Below, in pieces: positions 49,265 through 63,100 of a DNA stretch of 64,000 bases (its first letter is position 1; each line of letters opens with the position of its first letter). The translations under genes were made by a program, and so were the position numbers. Under the pieces are notes generated by a model that was not told the DNA's origin, did no database searches, and was given only the letters and a program-made list of their open reading frames with translations. This stretch comes from Macrostomum hystrix. Its lineage: Eukaryota > Animalia > Platyhelminthes. The stretch is taken from contig CATNEN010000001.1 of assembly GCA_950097015.1 (NCBI GenBank), forward strand, positions 15,872,001 to 15,936,000, written 5' to 3'.

Positions 49265-49588
49265 ATTAACTAATTACAACTGTCACTATGGGCCAGATGT
49301 GTAGCCGACAGCACAGCTGCAACTATTGTGCGGCGCATCTGAAGACTGTGTACGGCTATGGACTACAGCCAGTACAGTCCCTCGACTGGGGATGGCTACA
49401 CCCACTATAAGTTACCACAGCTAATACTGGTACCCATATAATAGCTAGCTGAACTGAAGCAATTCAGAGTTAATTGCCTATCTTAGAGACACAAATTTCA
49501 AATTGTTTCTTAAAGAAACAGGAGTCAGGAATCGAACCATCAACCTTCAAGATGCGAGTCTGACGCTCTAACTGCTGGGCTACAACCC
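49265..49588 (-). mobile_element. Full-length SINE family B with tRNA-like head
   Basis: Head GGGTTGTAGCCCAGCAGTTAGAGCG...GGTTCGATTCC (A/B boxes, 49588-49521) followed by the family B body. Confidence 0.7.
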
Positions 49589-49596
49589 AGCTGTAA

Positions 49597-49990
49597 AATA
49601 TTAATAATAATGACACTAGACACAAGGGCCAGTGCAGGTGTTGTGTGTCAAGCACACTAGCAGGTGGGGACTGCACACCTAATATACTCCCCGGCCCTCT
49701 TGGACACCGGTTGACAGCCGCGTGTCAGCAATGGAGTTTATTTTTTCCAAACATATCGGCAGCATCCAAACCCACTGAATTGCCGCACAGAACTGCTTAA
49801 TTTCACGCCAGCCGGAATTATTATTCCCCGATGAAATATCGGTACTCATTTGCAGCTGAGTAGACTGTGTGCACATCAGGGCAAAGCAGCTTGCCAAAGG
49901 CTGCACGAATAGTTCTAGACTAGGTCGGGAGTTGAACCCAGGACCATCTGATCCAGAGTCCGACACCTTACAGACCGAGCTATCCGCCCC
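49597..49990 (-). mobile_element. Full-length SINE family A with tRNA(Gln-like) head
   Basis: Head GGGGCGGATAGCTCGGTCTGTAAGGTGTCGGACTCTGGATCAGA..GGGTTCAACTCCC, a ~310-bp body shared with 29185-29524 and an ATT tail. Confidence 0.8.
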
Positions 49991-51264
49991 TCTGTTTATC
50001 CAAGCTAGCTGTAAAATGGGTACCAATATTAGCTATTTGAACTTAAGGTGGGTCTGGCATCCCTCAGTCCATGGACTGAACAGCCATGTGCAGCCTTTAG
50101 ATTCGAGTGTATGCTGCACAATAGCTGTGGCTGTGCTCTTGACCATACTGCACAATTGGCCGGATAGGTATAATAAATTATTAATTACTTAGCCTATATA
50201 TAAATATAATATATGTGCTATGTTATTTATTTTTCTGCTCTGTTTAATACATTTAAAACCAACAAGCTAACCAACAACTCTCTTAACCACCTTATCCTTT
50301 TCAAACAGGTTAAGGAATGGCAAGATTCTCAATCTGCATGTACGAGAGCTTACTGGAACTTCTACTGTATCTGGTGCTTGGCCAACAAGAGCTAGCCTGA
50401 ATGCTGCTGCCATCCAAGATTATGAAAGGCATGATTGACTATAGCTCACTGTTAACTGACAGATCTTTGCTTCTTAATGCCTAAGCATGACCAAAACTGC
50501 ATGCCACATACCTAGGCTAAACTAGCTAATAAGTAATAAAACATTTTTCATGATAATTAGTTCTCATATCATATAGCTATATAACAGTTTCTTTCTTTCA
50601 CTGTTTCAATAGAATAGGCACTTGTGAAAGCCCAAGAATAAACAGAAGTTAGACTTGAAGTATCTAGAGCAGAAAATAGGAGTTGTAACCTAGCTATATA
50701 GTATATAGGCATTTAAGCCTCACTTGGTACAATTCATTATAATATGGTGCAAAAATATGTATTTTTTGCTAAATAAAAGTAAATGTACACTATGCGCTTT
50801 AAAGTAACTCTCTTTTTGTAAAAAATATTCCTGTGGCTTCATAATATATCCTAACTAAGCTACAATGACATTGCTGATCAAATAGACTTTCACTTAATAA
50901 TTAACTTATATATAGATAAACCACAAAGTGATGGCGAGTTTGATATCGGTGTTTATATTCACTTTGTCTTGTCTAATGAATTTCAGTGTCTTACTGTGAA
51001 CAGTTTTTGAGAATTCGTTGATCGAATCGAGAATTCTCACGTACATAATAGCTAATTAATTGAGGATCCGGTCAGGTCAAAGTGAAAGTTTGCAGTGCAT
51101 GCGCTTTCAAAAACTTTGCTCAGGCCATTCTTTCGCTTTTAAGCTGCAATTTGAAACAAAAAAAATTGATTCTGACTTCTTATTAAGTTTAGTGCAACTG
51201 GCTTCTTCTGAGACAAAACTTTTTATTGCCTGCGGTCAAAATACATGTGTTTGTTAAATTTTAC

Positions 51265-52290
51265 ATTCACGTCGCCTTTTTACGGACTCAAATCGGACGG
51301 AAAACGGACCATCACAATTATGCCATTTCTACCTATTCTATATACTCCTAAATACATAGCTATTCGAGATGTAATGCAATTAAAGCAGTTGCCGCAGTAT
51401 CAATCATTTTATACGGCTATTGAGCGGTTTACTGCAGACGGCCGGAATATGCATGGCCGACCAGAAGATCGAATTGTATACACGCTCAGAATAGTTTGAT
51501 GATTCCACTATATACTCGTAAATTGCTTCACTGATGCACACAAATTTTATTTCCTAGCTCTCACTGATCAGTAAAACAGTAAGTATATGTGTAAATAATT
51601 TATATCTAAAAACTAAATATTACGATTATACAAACCAAACATTTAACTTGCTGCACTACTAACGTTTAAATACGAGTAGTATTTCAAGCATGTTAGGTTC
51701 TGTACAGTAGATCAAAAAATGACCTTTTGCGGACTGGAATCGGACTGTTGGAATTACACAATTTTTCATCTTTTAAATGCATAAGTAACGGAAAATAAAG
51801 CCTTTTATGACGTTTTCAGCAGCTAACTCAAGAATTTTTTTATGGAACATCGTCCTCCTCGTCGCCCTTTTGAGGACTCAAAACGGACCGCGGACGCGTC
51901 GGCCTTTTGCGGACTAATTTCGGACTGTACGAATTACACATTTTTTCATCTTTTAAATGCATTTAGAACTGAAATCAAGGCCTTTTAAGACGTTTTTAGC
52001 AGCTAACTCACGAGTAATTTTTTTTGGAACATCGTCCTTCTCGTCGGCCTTTTTCGGACTCAAATCGGACCATTTTGGAGCCGGTCGACGCGTCGGCCAT
52101 TTTCGGACTAAAATCGGACTGTACGAAGTACACATTTTTTCATCTTTTAAATGCATTTATAACTGAAATCAATACCTCTTAAGACGTTTTCAGCAGCTAA
52201 TTCGATTTTTTTTTATCTGAGCTGACATAGGGTTAGATCGGACCGTAGGCGTCGAAAAGACGTCTTTTCGACGATGCTTTTTACACCGGG
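51265..52290. repeat. Right subterminal repeats and TIR of the giant element
   Basis: ~180-190-bp units at about 51720, 51900 and 52095 and repeated CGGACT.AAATCGGAC motifs, ending in GACGATGCTTTTTACACCGGG. Confidence 0.8.
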
Positions 52291-52981
52291 ATTATTTTGA
52301 TTATGAAAAGTTCAATGAACTTTTGTGAAATAAAGCTTTTTTACTTTAGGGTTGATTTATATATTTTTTATTATGTGAATCAGTTTATCCTAGTTTGTAC
52401 TTTGTAGGCCTATTAATTTCATTCTTGATATGCATTGCTAGCATTAAAAATGCTGTTCTTGTTTACATATCAAGTTTATTTCCCTTTATTATAATTATAT
52501 AGAAGCTAAAAATACTATATAAGATCTATAGCCTATATCAGCTACCATGTTTAGATCATTTATATAATATGAATTAGGCCCAGCTGAAAATTATTTCATA
52601 AACCAAGCATTGTGTTGCATATTTTTATCATACAGTGTTACATAGCTTATTATAGGTATTGTATTATATTGAAATTGATATAATATTCCTACATGGCTGG
52701 AGTCATAGATGATTAACTCTTTTTATGTCTTTTATGTCTATTTTATGTCTCGTAGTAATCCAGACTTCCCAATGTTTAAAAGGCAAGTTTCCAAGCTTTA
52801 TTCTGCTATATTGAATGTAATATTTTCATACCCATTTGTACATGATTTGTACAGGACTAAAAAAATGTATAACAATGTCGGTCTTCAAGTTTTAATGTCT
52901 GTTTTTTCTTATTAGCAAGAAAACAGTAATAAGTATGTTTACTGTGTTAAGTTGTTAAATAAGTGTAGGTACGCTCGTATA

Positions 52982-53247
52982 TACTTAGCAACAGTCAAAA
53001 GTGACACATCTAATGAAGGAGAAAAATTTTCTCTATATCACTTCAGTCAAGAGTGATATAACTTACTTCATGCATTGGGGATTTCAATTCTAAAAAATGT
53101 TTATTTCCACACCAATGCTTGCAATTTACCCATTTTCCTTCAACCTTAGCTTATGCCATGGTGCAAGTTGCATCACTTGCAGACAAGTGAGAGGAGAGAG
53201 AAAAGTGTTCTCTTGCTAGAGGTGTCACTTTTGACTGTTGCTGAGAA
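52982..53247. mobile_element. MITE (~266 bp) with ~31-bp TIRs and TA flanks
   Basis: TACTTAGCAACAGTCAAAAGTGACACATCTA ... TAGAGGTGTCACTTTTGACTGTTGCTGAGAA, with TA on both sides. Confidence 0.75.
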
Positions 53248-54026
53248 TATAGTTACTTTTAAAATAATTAAAAACAATCTAGCCCAAACAGCCTTTCATC
53301 CAATAGACTTTTTGTAAATCTGTTCTATAGTCTGCTAGGTATATTTTAAGATGTTAGCTTGTGGAACAAAATTTAACTTCTCTTTTCATAGAAAAAAGCT
53401 TTAAATGTTAATGCACAAAAGAATTCTAGTCCATTTTCAATTTTTCTTCATTGTGCTTCATTCATCGGGCCTTAATGCGATTTCTCCTTTTGCTGCGATG
53501 CTGCATTTCTCATTTGGAATTTTCAAAATTCCTCTTAGTAGCCTGACGACGCAAATGATGCTTCGCTTTGCCTGCAAGGATAAGTTTTCGGTTTTTCATG
53601 AGCTTAAGATTGCAAAGACTACCTGTGTTCACTTCCTGTAGTACCCATATACACAGTTTGCTTATATATTTTTTATAAATAACTCATTATATTCATGAAG
53701 TTATATTTCAGATATATATTTATGTAGCTCAATCAAATCAGTGGTCAGCACATGCCTAAGAAAACTATAAGTATGTAAACTTTTAAGAGCAAATTTCAAT
53801 CATATGATTATCAATTTGTAGTTTCCATATGCATTGATTCATCAATCAAACCACTAATAAGCCGATTGGCCAAAGCCATAATTTAAATTACTCACTGGGA
53901 GGAGCTCAGACCCGCCTCCTCGAAAGACACAGATTTCTGAAATTGTAATTTGGATAATAAGCGAGTAAGAAAAACAGTCGCACAAATCCAGTCCCGCAGA
54001 TAAATCGACATTTAAATTTATCTTAC

Positions 54027-55446
54027 CTCCAAACTTCCGCGGCGAATGCGCACCCGCTTCACCGCAGATGGTATTTCTAAAAAAATTTCATCTGCTTTCT
54101 CGCGGATGGCAGCGGCAGCAACAAATTCAATGGCAGCAGGCGTGAGTCTGTCATCGCGCTGAGTGATCCAGGTCCGCAGACGGTCGACTTCGACATTCTG
54201 GTGGATGTCAGGCTCCATCATGCACAGAGCGGAGCTGCAATTGAGGGACATCGATCCATAATCGCTTGTCCGCGCGCCTTTAATTGCTAAAACGTCATTC
54301 GCTGACCATGACGCTACCTGGGCCGCGCTTTGTCCCCAGAACGTGCAGGTGACAGCCGTGTTTGTTGCATCTGCCAATACAATTGTGCTCTTTGCGCAAG
54401 GGCCCTTCCTTGTTGGCACTTCCGTTGGACCATCCTTTGAAATTACGACGCCAAGAACGTCGACGATAGCTCTGGCAGGAAATTGAGAAAGTACTATATT
54501 TATCTTGTAAATACATACAGGTCCAGTTCTTCTTGTGTCAAACAGACATTGCCTAAAATTTCACTTCTTGGCAATGGCAATGGCAATGGCCGGCCATTGC
54601 ATAGAATTGATGGAAATTTTAAGCAATGATGCTCATAGGAAGTCAGAGTTTGAGGCAATAGCCGCGAGTGTCAATTAGGCCATTGCCTCAAACTCTGACT
54701 TCCAATGAACCCCCCATTGCAGTGTCCCCGTATTTGCTATGCATTTCCGTCATTTTTTATTTAACCCTTATTGTGCTATTATTAGTAGTGTAGTTCAAAC
54801 TTAAGGATAAGAAACTGTAAATTTGAGAAATATGCTTTTTGCGTCTGGAAACGTTTCTAGATTGAACTTCGATTTTATGTGTACATGAAAAATTCACTAT
54901 ATTTGAATATTTAATGCTTCCTTACGTCGATCATAATCGAATCGAGGAAAATCAGCCTTGAAAGTGTAAATATATAAATATTCAATATGCATCTTTCTAA
55001 AAATCGGATTTGAATAGTTTCCCATGCTTGAATATAACGTCCTTCTACTTAAGAGCTCCTTGCCAAAAATCGCTCTAATACTTTAGTCAGTTGAAAAGTA
55101 CAATGTCGTTACAACGTGAATCTTACCCGCTGGACCCGACGGTCGGCAGCTCGGATATGAGCCGAAACTTGAATTGAGGGCTGCAGATAATGTTATCAGC
55201 TCGTTCAACGAGGCCGCCGTTGTCAATATTCAATATTATTTCGAAAATGTTGTTGGCTACGTTAAAGCGAGTGTCCGCTACTTTTGCCTCTCCACCTGAC
55301 ACCTGTATCGCCCTGCCCACGGCGCACAAGTTCCAGCGCTCGGCCAGCTCGCGGCCAAAGAAGCAGACCTTGATTTCGGCCGATTCGTCCGCCAGAAGAA
55401 TGCTAAATAGCTGTCCGTTGCCTCGTCGGCTTGTGTAATCTCGAAT
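54027..55446 (-). CDS. RPA70-like OB-fold ssDNA-binding protein (Helitron-associated), partial model
   Basis: Exons 55446-55127 (GQLFSILLADESAEIKVCFF..ADTRFN, DBD-A-like) and 54471-54027 (VDVLGVV..LADAT..VTCTFWG..VLAIKGARTSDYG, DBD-B-like), joined in phase 2. The gene ends are not resolved. Confidence 0.82.
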
Positions 55447-56321
55447 CTGTTCAAGAATAAGTTCAGTCACTACTACAAGTAAGTTATTTGTTCTAGTATT
55501 GATTTAGCGAGGTGGAGAATATGTAATATCTGCAGGTTCATTTTCTTCATAATATCTTCATTTTGTCTACGTGTATGACAAATGCAGTCAGATGAATTTC
55601 AATATCGTAAAGTCAAGAGGTTTCCACCTATTATATATTGATTCTTAAAGTTTTTCAAACTGCCATCCAATGAGCCATCAAATCACGCGACCGATGTACA
55701 AGGGATGTGGTGATCGTGTGACCACGCGAATTTGTTTTGTGACGGTGGTATAGGTGGACATTAAAGTCATAGCTTCTTAAAAAGTGAGTTACTCAGCAGT
55801 CAATAGCAGACGATCGTTGAGGTGACGCAGATGTACATAGTGTATGATGTACCCTTCTGATTCCAAGCTGCGGATTTTTGTAGACTAATATACAGCCCGT
55901 TGAGACAATTGTCACAGCCCGTAGGCAGATTGATTTACTTCTTGATGACATTAAATCACAGCTCCATTACAGACCGGCTAATTAACAACAGTTTATTTAT
56001 TAGCATTAACAGACCAATTTACAATCCATTTGAGGTATAAGCCACAGAATATCAATTGATATTCTGTGGTATAAGCCAACACACATTTCACAGACCATTT
56101 AATGTTTGCTAAACAACTAAGAGCATTTTGATAAATCAATTAACATATCCCGTTGAAAGACAAACAATTAATCCGTTTGAATACAAACTATCAGCCCCGT
56201 TGACAAACCAACTGACAGCGTGCTCATGGACATTTACTGCACGCTAATGACAAATTAGCAAACCAGTTTGCAGACCAGTTTCCTGTCCACTCTGTCCAAG
56301 CCCGTTAAAGTAATCTGAAAC

Positions 56322-56990
56322 CAGGGATTATTGCAACCTGGATACCAGCATTACATCCTGGGAATTTATTCGACAGTCTACTTTCTAGTTACTGTGTGGC
56401 TGTCATCAAAATGTTGCAGCAGTTGAAAGAAAGCGACTGGGCGACAAGCTCACAGTTAATTAGGAAGCAAAAAATAATCAGCAGAAAAAGCAACGCATCT
56501 TCGCTTTTGACGGTCAAAAGACACAGGAGTTGCGGAAATTCTTGCACTTGCGGCAGTGCAACAGCGCAGCAAGAGAACGTTGAATAGAACAGGTGTTTCA
56601 AATTTTCCACTTTTAGATTCACAATTGGAACAAGAGAATTATGATGTACCTTCAATCACTTCTAATAATTTGCATGTGAAATATGAATAATAAACAGCAC
56701 AATCATCAGATAAATATCTCTTTTGACGAATCGTAGCGTTTAGAACAGGCTGACTGAATTACAACCTGGGATTATTGCATCGTGGAGATTATTGTAAACG
56801 GTGGATTATTGCACCATGGATTATTGCTATGGATTTTTCAAATATAAGGACTATAGTATTGCTTCAACCTCGAGGGTGAACATTGCACATTGTATTATTT
56901 TAAGCTGTGGATTATTGCAACCTGCGGATATCGCAACATGGAGTTTATTTTAACATGGGGTTTATTGCAACGTTTGGCCTATTGTAATGT
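56322..56990. repeat. Degenerate ~19-bp tandem repeats (GGATTATTGCAACC) between the Helitron genes
   Basis: Repeated GGATTATTGC/TTATTGCA motifs. Confidence 0.55.
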
Positions 56991-57108
56991 GCGGATTTCA
57001 ACTTCGAATTTAGCTAAATTTCAAAATTGACCTGTTGATAATAGAGTAAAGCAGATTGTATCTAAACTGTTTGTCAAAAGACTGTTTTACAGGCATAAAA
57101 TGTGAGTA

Positions 57109-60100
57109 TCACGAACAATCGCAGGCCGTTGAAAAAACTTGTTGCAGGACAATATTCTGCGTCTGCTGGCCGTGAAGGACACGCACATGCCTTGGGTCAC
57201 GTGCTCGACTCAGCGCAACATACAATTGGCCATGTTGAAAACACGACTGGCCCAAGTGAACGCCAAAGGAATCCAGGCTCTGACCTTGGCTCTTATGAAT
57301 TGTGATTGCAAAGCAAAGTCGAACAGGAAACTGCAGTCTGCGGAATTTTACAGGCAAATCCTCAGCATTCGGCGTCAATGGAATTCTTGGTAGCAGAACA
57401 GGTGCGCCTTTGAAAGCTCCAGAAGCGATTCGAGCTACCAAAACATTCTTTTCTAGCTTCGTGATGATTAGCCTGGTTCCGTTGCAGAGACGTGGTGCAT
57501 CTAAATTCCTCAGCAGCATGATAGGCACTCCGACTTTAAGTTCCAGTCGGTGCGGCGGAAGTGCCTGTGCTTCTAAGCTGTTCAGTGCCTCAACAGGAAA
57601 TTGAATCGCCGCTTCTTCGTCATCTGGGATGCTGTCAATTGAAAGGTATTCCACAGCCTTTCCTGGAAACATAACCAGGCATTGAGCGTTGATTTCGTTC
57701 ACCGTTCAATTGTGCGGTGCCAGAATTGCTCTGGATTCAAACTGTTGATCGCGCGTCTCAGCATTGTTGAAGCTGGGAAAAACATATCGAATCAGCTGCA
57801 TCGTGTCAGATCCCATTGGCATGCAAATCTCCGATGGGAGTTCCACATAGCCTTGATCGTCCTGCTTTAGTCGTCCCTCACCGACCTATGAATGCATGTG
57901 AATTGAGGAAAATATGTGCTAGCTGCCAGTTTTTCGAGATCAGTTATTAATCTAAGATAAACACTACGATATTTTTAAAACCAATAAAATCTCAACTATC
58001 AACAGGCGCACCTTTTATCATATTTCAAACCCTAATCTAATCGAAACACTAAATACAAGTTAAATATTAGAAACTAACCTGCAGCAGAAACTCGGCGTAG
58101 TGCGAAGCTTCAGAATCGGTGTCTGCTTGAAGTCGCATGTTGCGGGTTAGCCGATGCTGCAGAAAGCCGCTCCAAAGTGGACTCCTATTTATGCACGCCT
58201 GAATTGCGTTTGCAGCTGTGCCGCCCTTTATAACAGGCAGCAATTGTCGAAAATCTCCAGCCATTACAAACGTCAGTCCACCGAAAGGCTTGTCAGCTAT
58301 TATATCTCTCAAACTGCGTTCGACTGTTTCTAGAATCTTGCGATGCACCATTGCTGCTTCATCCCATACAACAAGTCGGGTGTTTCGCAAATTTTCGGCT
58401 AGGGCACTCTGCTTTTTTATGTCGCAATGCCCGCAGCTTTCATTCAAAACCGAAGGGGAAATTTTAAATGCCGAGTGGGCAGTCCGGCCGCCAGGGAGCA
58501 GAGTTGCCGCAATTCCTGTGGTTGCAACAGCCAAAGCAAGTTCACCACGCGATCGCACGTGAGCAAGCAGAAGTTCCAGTAGAAAACTCTTTCCAGTTCC
58601 TCCTGGCGAGTCAATGAAGTGCAGACCTCCTCCACTCTGCAAACTGTCCAGCACTGCCTTGTAGATTTTTTGCTGCTCGTCTGTCAGCTGGTGCTCACGC
58701 TGCTCAACAAACGTGCTCAACTCCTGCGCGTCGAACTCGGCTTCCTGCTCAGCAATTTGAAGTGGTTCTGGCAAACCAAATTGAGACAAACTGCCGCCCA
58801 TAAGGCTCAATCGCACGGTCAAATCTTGCAGAACACGGTTCACTATCCAAGCTTCATCAGCTGACTCGCGATGGGCAAAATCCTCACCCATTGACAACTG
58901 GAAGCGGGACCACAAATGTTGCGCGTCTGTAGGATTGCCGTGGATCAAAATGACCGAGAATAGACTTCGAAGAGCAGCTGGCATCTGAGTCTGTTCAGCC
59001 TCTTCCATGCAGAGACGGAAATGATTATCATCTTCCAGCATGCCAAGAGCCTTGCAAGCCTCAAAGAAATCAGTGTACAGAATTCCGTCTACTGTTCGCA
59101 GAGATTCATAGCTGACCGGTCCCCGAATACGCAGCAAGGCTAGTCGTAGATAAAATACATCTCGAGCTCTCGGGCTGACATTGTACATGCGGCCAATGGT
59201 ATCTCGCTGACGAACGCCATCGTAGCCATCCACAGGTGCTCCAATCTTGGTCCTCTGCCATTCCTTTCGGTCAGCTTGCCAGATATAGTATCGCGGAACA
59301 TCTGTGTACAACAGAGTGCGGGCGAAATCATCTCTGCGACAAAGTTCAAAAAACGCTGTTAGCATGCTGCGAGGTGGTCTTGATGCTTGCATTTCAGCTG
59401 TTGCCGCAGAAAAGATAACTCGGTTTTTACCAGGGAGATGGACGCACAACTGAACAACAGGCGGATAGCGGCTATGAACGCTCATTCCGAAAATTATTTG
59501 AACACCTTCATGTGGGCCCAGATACCGAGTTAACAGGTAAGCAGCGATTTCATTCCACTTTATTTCTTCACGCTGCTCCGTAGTCAGCTCAACAGTTGCC
59601 ATATCGGATCCCTTGTGGAGATATTTAACTACATATTTAATTGCCCTTACGGTCGCGCAAATCTCGACGTTTAAGTGGCACCGAAATAGGCGCAACAGGT
59701 GCGCATTGTAGGGGACAACGAATCTAAAAAGTAAGAGCAAAAGTAAAGTAAGTATTAGTAATTATCACTATGAATATCAGATACATTTTCACTTCAATCA
59801 ACAATTACTCTTTCTCTTCAACGATAAATATAAAGCAAAGCATTGTTACTAAATGAGGATTAGATACATCTAATACTGGTAATTTAAATCGAAGTCCTGT
59901 ACCACACAAATTAAACTGCATAGATGGAAAGAAAAAAAGTAGTTTGTTGTACATGAAAATTTTCATCATTACTGCTACATTAAAATGAATCCTCTAAAAC
60001 GCCTCTCGAACCGAAGTTTTAAATCAGTGCAAGGCATATTAAATCCCAGATGATGTATTTTTAAAGAAAGTCTAATTTGTACATGTCAATTTTTGCTAAC

Positions 60101-63100
60101 TTTTTCTATAATTCCAAAATGAGTATTTACCTGTTGTCCATGATCACTTCCTTGCCTCGCAGATACTTCTTGGCTACGTGACCTCCCATTGTTGCAGATC
60201 TCCGACGATAAAATGGGAATCCCGAGTCGTTCACAACAGACGCAAGTTGGTAGTCCTTTGGGAATTTTTTGCTGCAAGCTCCGTTTATCATGCAAACACA
60301 TCGCGGGTTTATTTCACCACATGGTCCATGCATCATGTTATCAACAACCAGCTTGTGCAGCTCCGGATCATCGACAGCGCTCGGGATTTCCGCGCACACG
60401 ACATCATCGTAGCGGTCAGGTGTGATCTTATCCATCTGTGCCAGCCACAGAAGTATATGAACATGTGGCAGACCTGCAGAGAGATCGTTGCGAAAGTCGC
60501 GAATTTTAATCTTGATAAGTCGACTGAAAAAATCTCACAGAGAGTAGTAAAAATAAATAAATTGAAATCGATTGAACGAATCCTACTTTATCTGAATAAT
60601 CGCATCTCACAACACAACATGCTCAGCTAGTAGAAGAAATGTAGTCAGAATAAAGTGAATCAAGGGCCTAAAGAGGCAGGCTGACAGAGACAGGCTGACA
60701 GAGACAGGCTGACAGAGACAGGCTGACAGAGACAGGCTGACAATACTTCGCTGGTGGTCGATAGTGTTTGTAGTTCTTGCATAAACTAAATATAAACTCA
60801 CCTCGTTTCTGAAACTCAAGCGAGCAGACATGTGCGACCGGAGTGCCGAAAGCAATCCGTAGGCAATCCAGCAGAGCCTTTCGCTTTAAGTCAAAGACGC
60901 GCATTGTGAGGTCTGGTCTATTAACCGGGCTTTGTCCAGGCAGCAGCTCCTGTGTGATTTCTTCCCATGCAGGATTCGCAGTCATTGTTATGAAAAGATC
61001 CGGCCTTCCGAAGCGCTGCACATATGCCATGGCGTCCTGTTGACGCTCCCTCCGATAGCGCGGACCGCCGACAAAGCTGGAGGTCAGTATGACACGGTTC
61101 CCGACTTTGCTGGCCCAATCTGGGTCAACATCGGAGGCAACCAGCGCATCTTTCAGGCCGCTGTAAGTCTCAGAGCGGAGGTCATTTTGGTGCGTCTTCA
61201 AATAATTTAGTCGCTCAGCTTCTATCTTTGCTGCCTGATCGACAATATATTGTTGGAAGAGCCGCTTGCCGTAGTGAAGGGCATTGAAGACGCCGGGACG
61301 AATCATGAGCTGATGTGAGTACATTGCTCTGGGTGTCAGCTTGCGATTGTTAGCCATCGTCAGACCAATGTGCCAGCCATCTTCTCCGCATGGGTGAAAG
61401 AGTACATACTCCAATGGGTCGTAGGAGCGGTGTGTCTCGTCAATGCGTTGTATCCTGCCCGATCGCAGATGCACAATGACATCCCGCTTGCCTGCAGCAC
61501 CTTCGGTATCGTCCTCCAATGCGTCAAACAACACTGCGACTTCACTAACACTTGGTAGGTTGAATCGCCTAGGAAATTGATAAAGTAGACATTCATTCAG
61601 TCTAATTAAAATCTAATCAACCAGTTTTAAAAAGGACATATTTATTCTTCAACTAACTGAGAACTCAATGTGTGATTTTGATTTCCGTCTTCAACAAGTC
61701 TTTGTCACAGACAGTTATGTTTCTTGTCTCTTATTAATTGATTCCTCATATATTACTATAAATAGTACATAACATATTCCAGTTACCGTGTTTCGAAAAA
61801 GAATAATCTAGTGTGGTTTGGCCGATGTGCCGTCTATAACAAAGTTTTAAGCCTAATTAAAAGAACAACTCCCTTTCTGAAAATTTCTCTAAAAAAGAAA
61901 ACTAAGCTCAAATATCATCATTCAGTGCTTAAATCAGTTTAAAGTAAACCCAACTTACCTCACATGCTCGCCAGTGGGTCTCCTATCTGCCCGGATAACC
62001 AAAGATGCACTCTGCAGATCGGGATTCTCTGTGATTCGCTCGATGGCAGCTTTGAAGCTGCGTACATACGAATTTTCCCGATGCAGCATGTTCTGCAGCA
62101 GCTCTAGAATGTTTCGATCTAAACCGTTCACCATTGCCATTCGTGTATCCAGTTCAGAGTCACAGAAGAAAATCTGGCAAAATTGTGCCGTCCTGCCCTC
62201 AATAGGAAGAAGGCTGCCAATTTTGTGATGGATTTGTCCATTGATGATCAAATTCATTGAGCCTAGAGGAAGATCACGCTTGTTAACACCAAAAGATGTC
62301 ATGTGTAGTGCTGCATTGAACCTCCGGATGTTATTTAAAAAGAGCCGGCTTTTTTCATGCTGGCCCTGATAGAGCCGTCGCAGCTCCTCTGGTATGCGCC
62401 GCTGCTCCAGCTTCACCTGTCCACCAGTGCAGCAGAGTCCGGCCACCTCCAGCTTCCAACGCAGAGCGCCGCACATTGTGCATGGGTATTCCATCCGACC
62501 AGCCGAATGCGTTGCCGCCTCCGCTGATCTGCAATCGAATAAGCATTAATCTTTGAGTCGCCGTTACCGGACGTTCATGGAATTAAGATAATTTTTTCAA
62601 GCTGCGATCAAGTACTACAGGTAGTAGATTTAGCCATAAACCATCCACACAGCATCACCAAAGGAAGAATTGAATGTGCATCAAAAGTTTCTGTGCTGAT
62701 GGATTTTTCTGCATTATAACCATTGCAGTTGTAAATGTTATTCATATATAATAGTCGGCACACTTACACAGATTGTTCAGTGCAAGTTGAATCCCTAGTC
62801 AAAGTTTCATCAGCAGCTCTCGATTTCTCAATGTCAACAAAAGATTCGCAACTCAAGGTAGGCCCGTCAGTGTTGTCGCGATGCTGTCCTGCAGTTGGAG
62901 GCAAAGCAGCAGGCAGCCGGCGCTTCTTGACTGGACTCATCACGGAGCTCTCACTTGCAGAAGCGGATCCGATGTCCTGCGCAGACCTTTGCGAATCTGG
63001 CAAGGAATTTCGCAGCGACTGGTAGTGCTCATTGTGCAACAGCAACCGCACAACAGAGACTGGCGGATGAACTGGCGATGTGAAATGCTGCAGTACGCGT

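Larger units (their letters stand above)
27937..52290 (+). mobile_element. Giant CMC/EnSpm (CACTA-like) DNA transposon, 24,354 bp, with cargo genes
   Basis: TIRs CCCGGTGTAAAAA(A/G)CATCGTC (20/21 match) and a 2-bp TSD AT (27935-27936 / 52291-52292). CGGAC/GTCCG-rich subterminal repeats at both ends; internal transposase plus DUF4806-like gene pair. Confidence 0.82.

Noticed and set aside
49521-49990. Two tRNA-like sequences
   Set aside because: Imperfect cloverleaves fused to repeated bodies with AT-rich tails. They are SINE heads, not tRNA genes.
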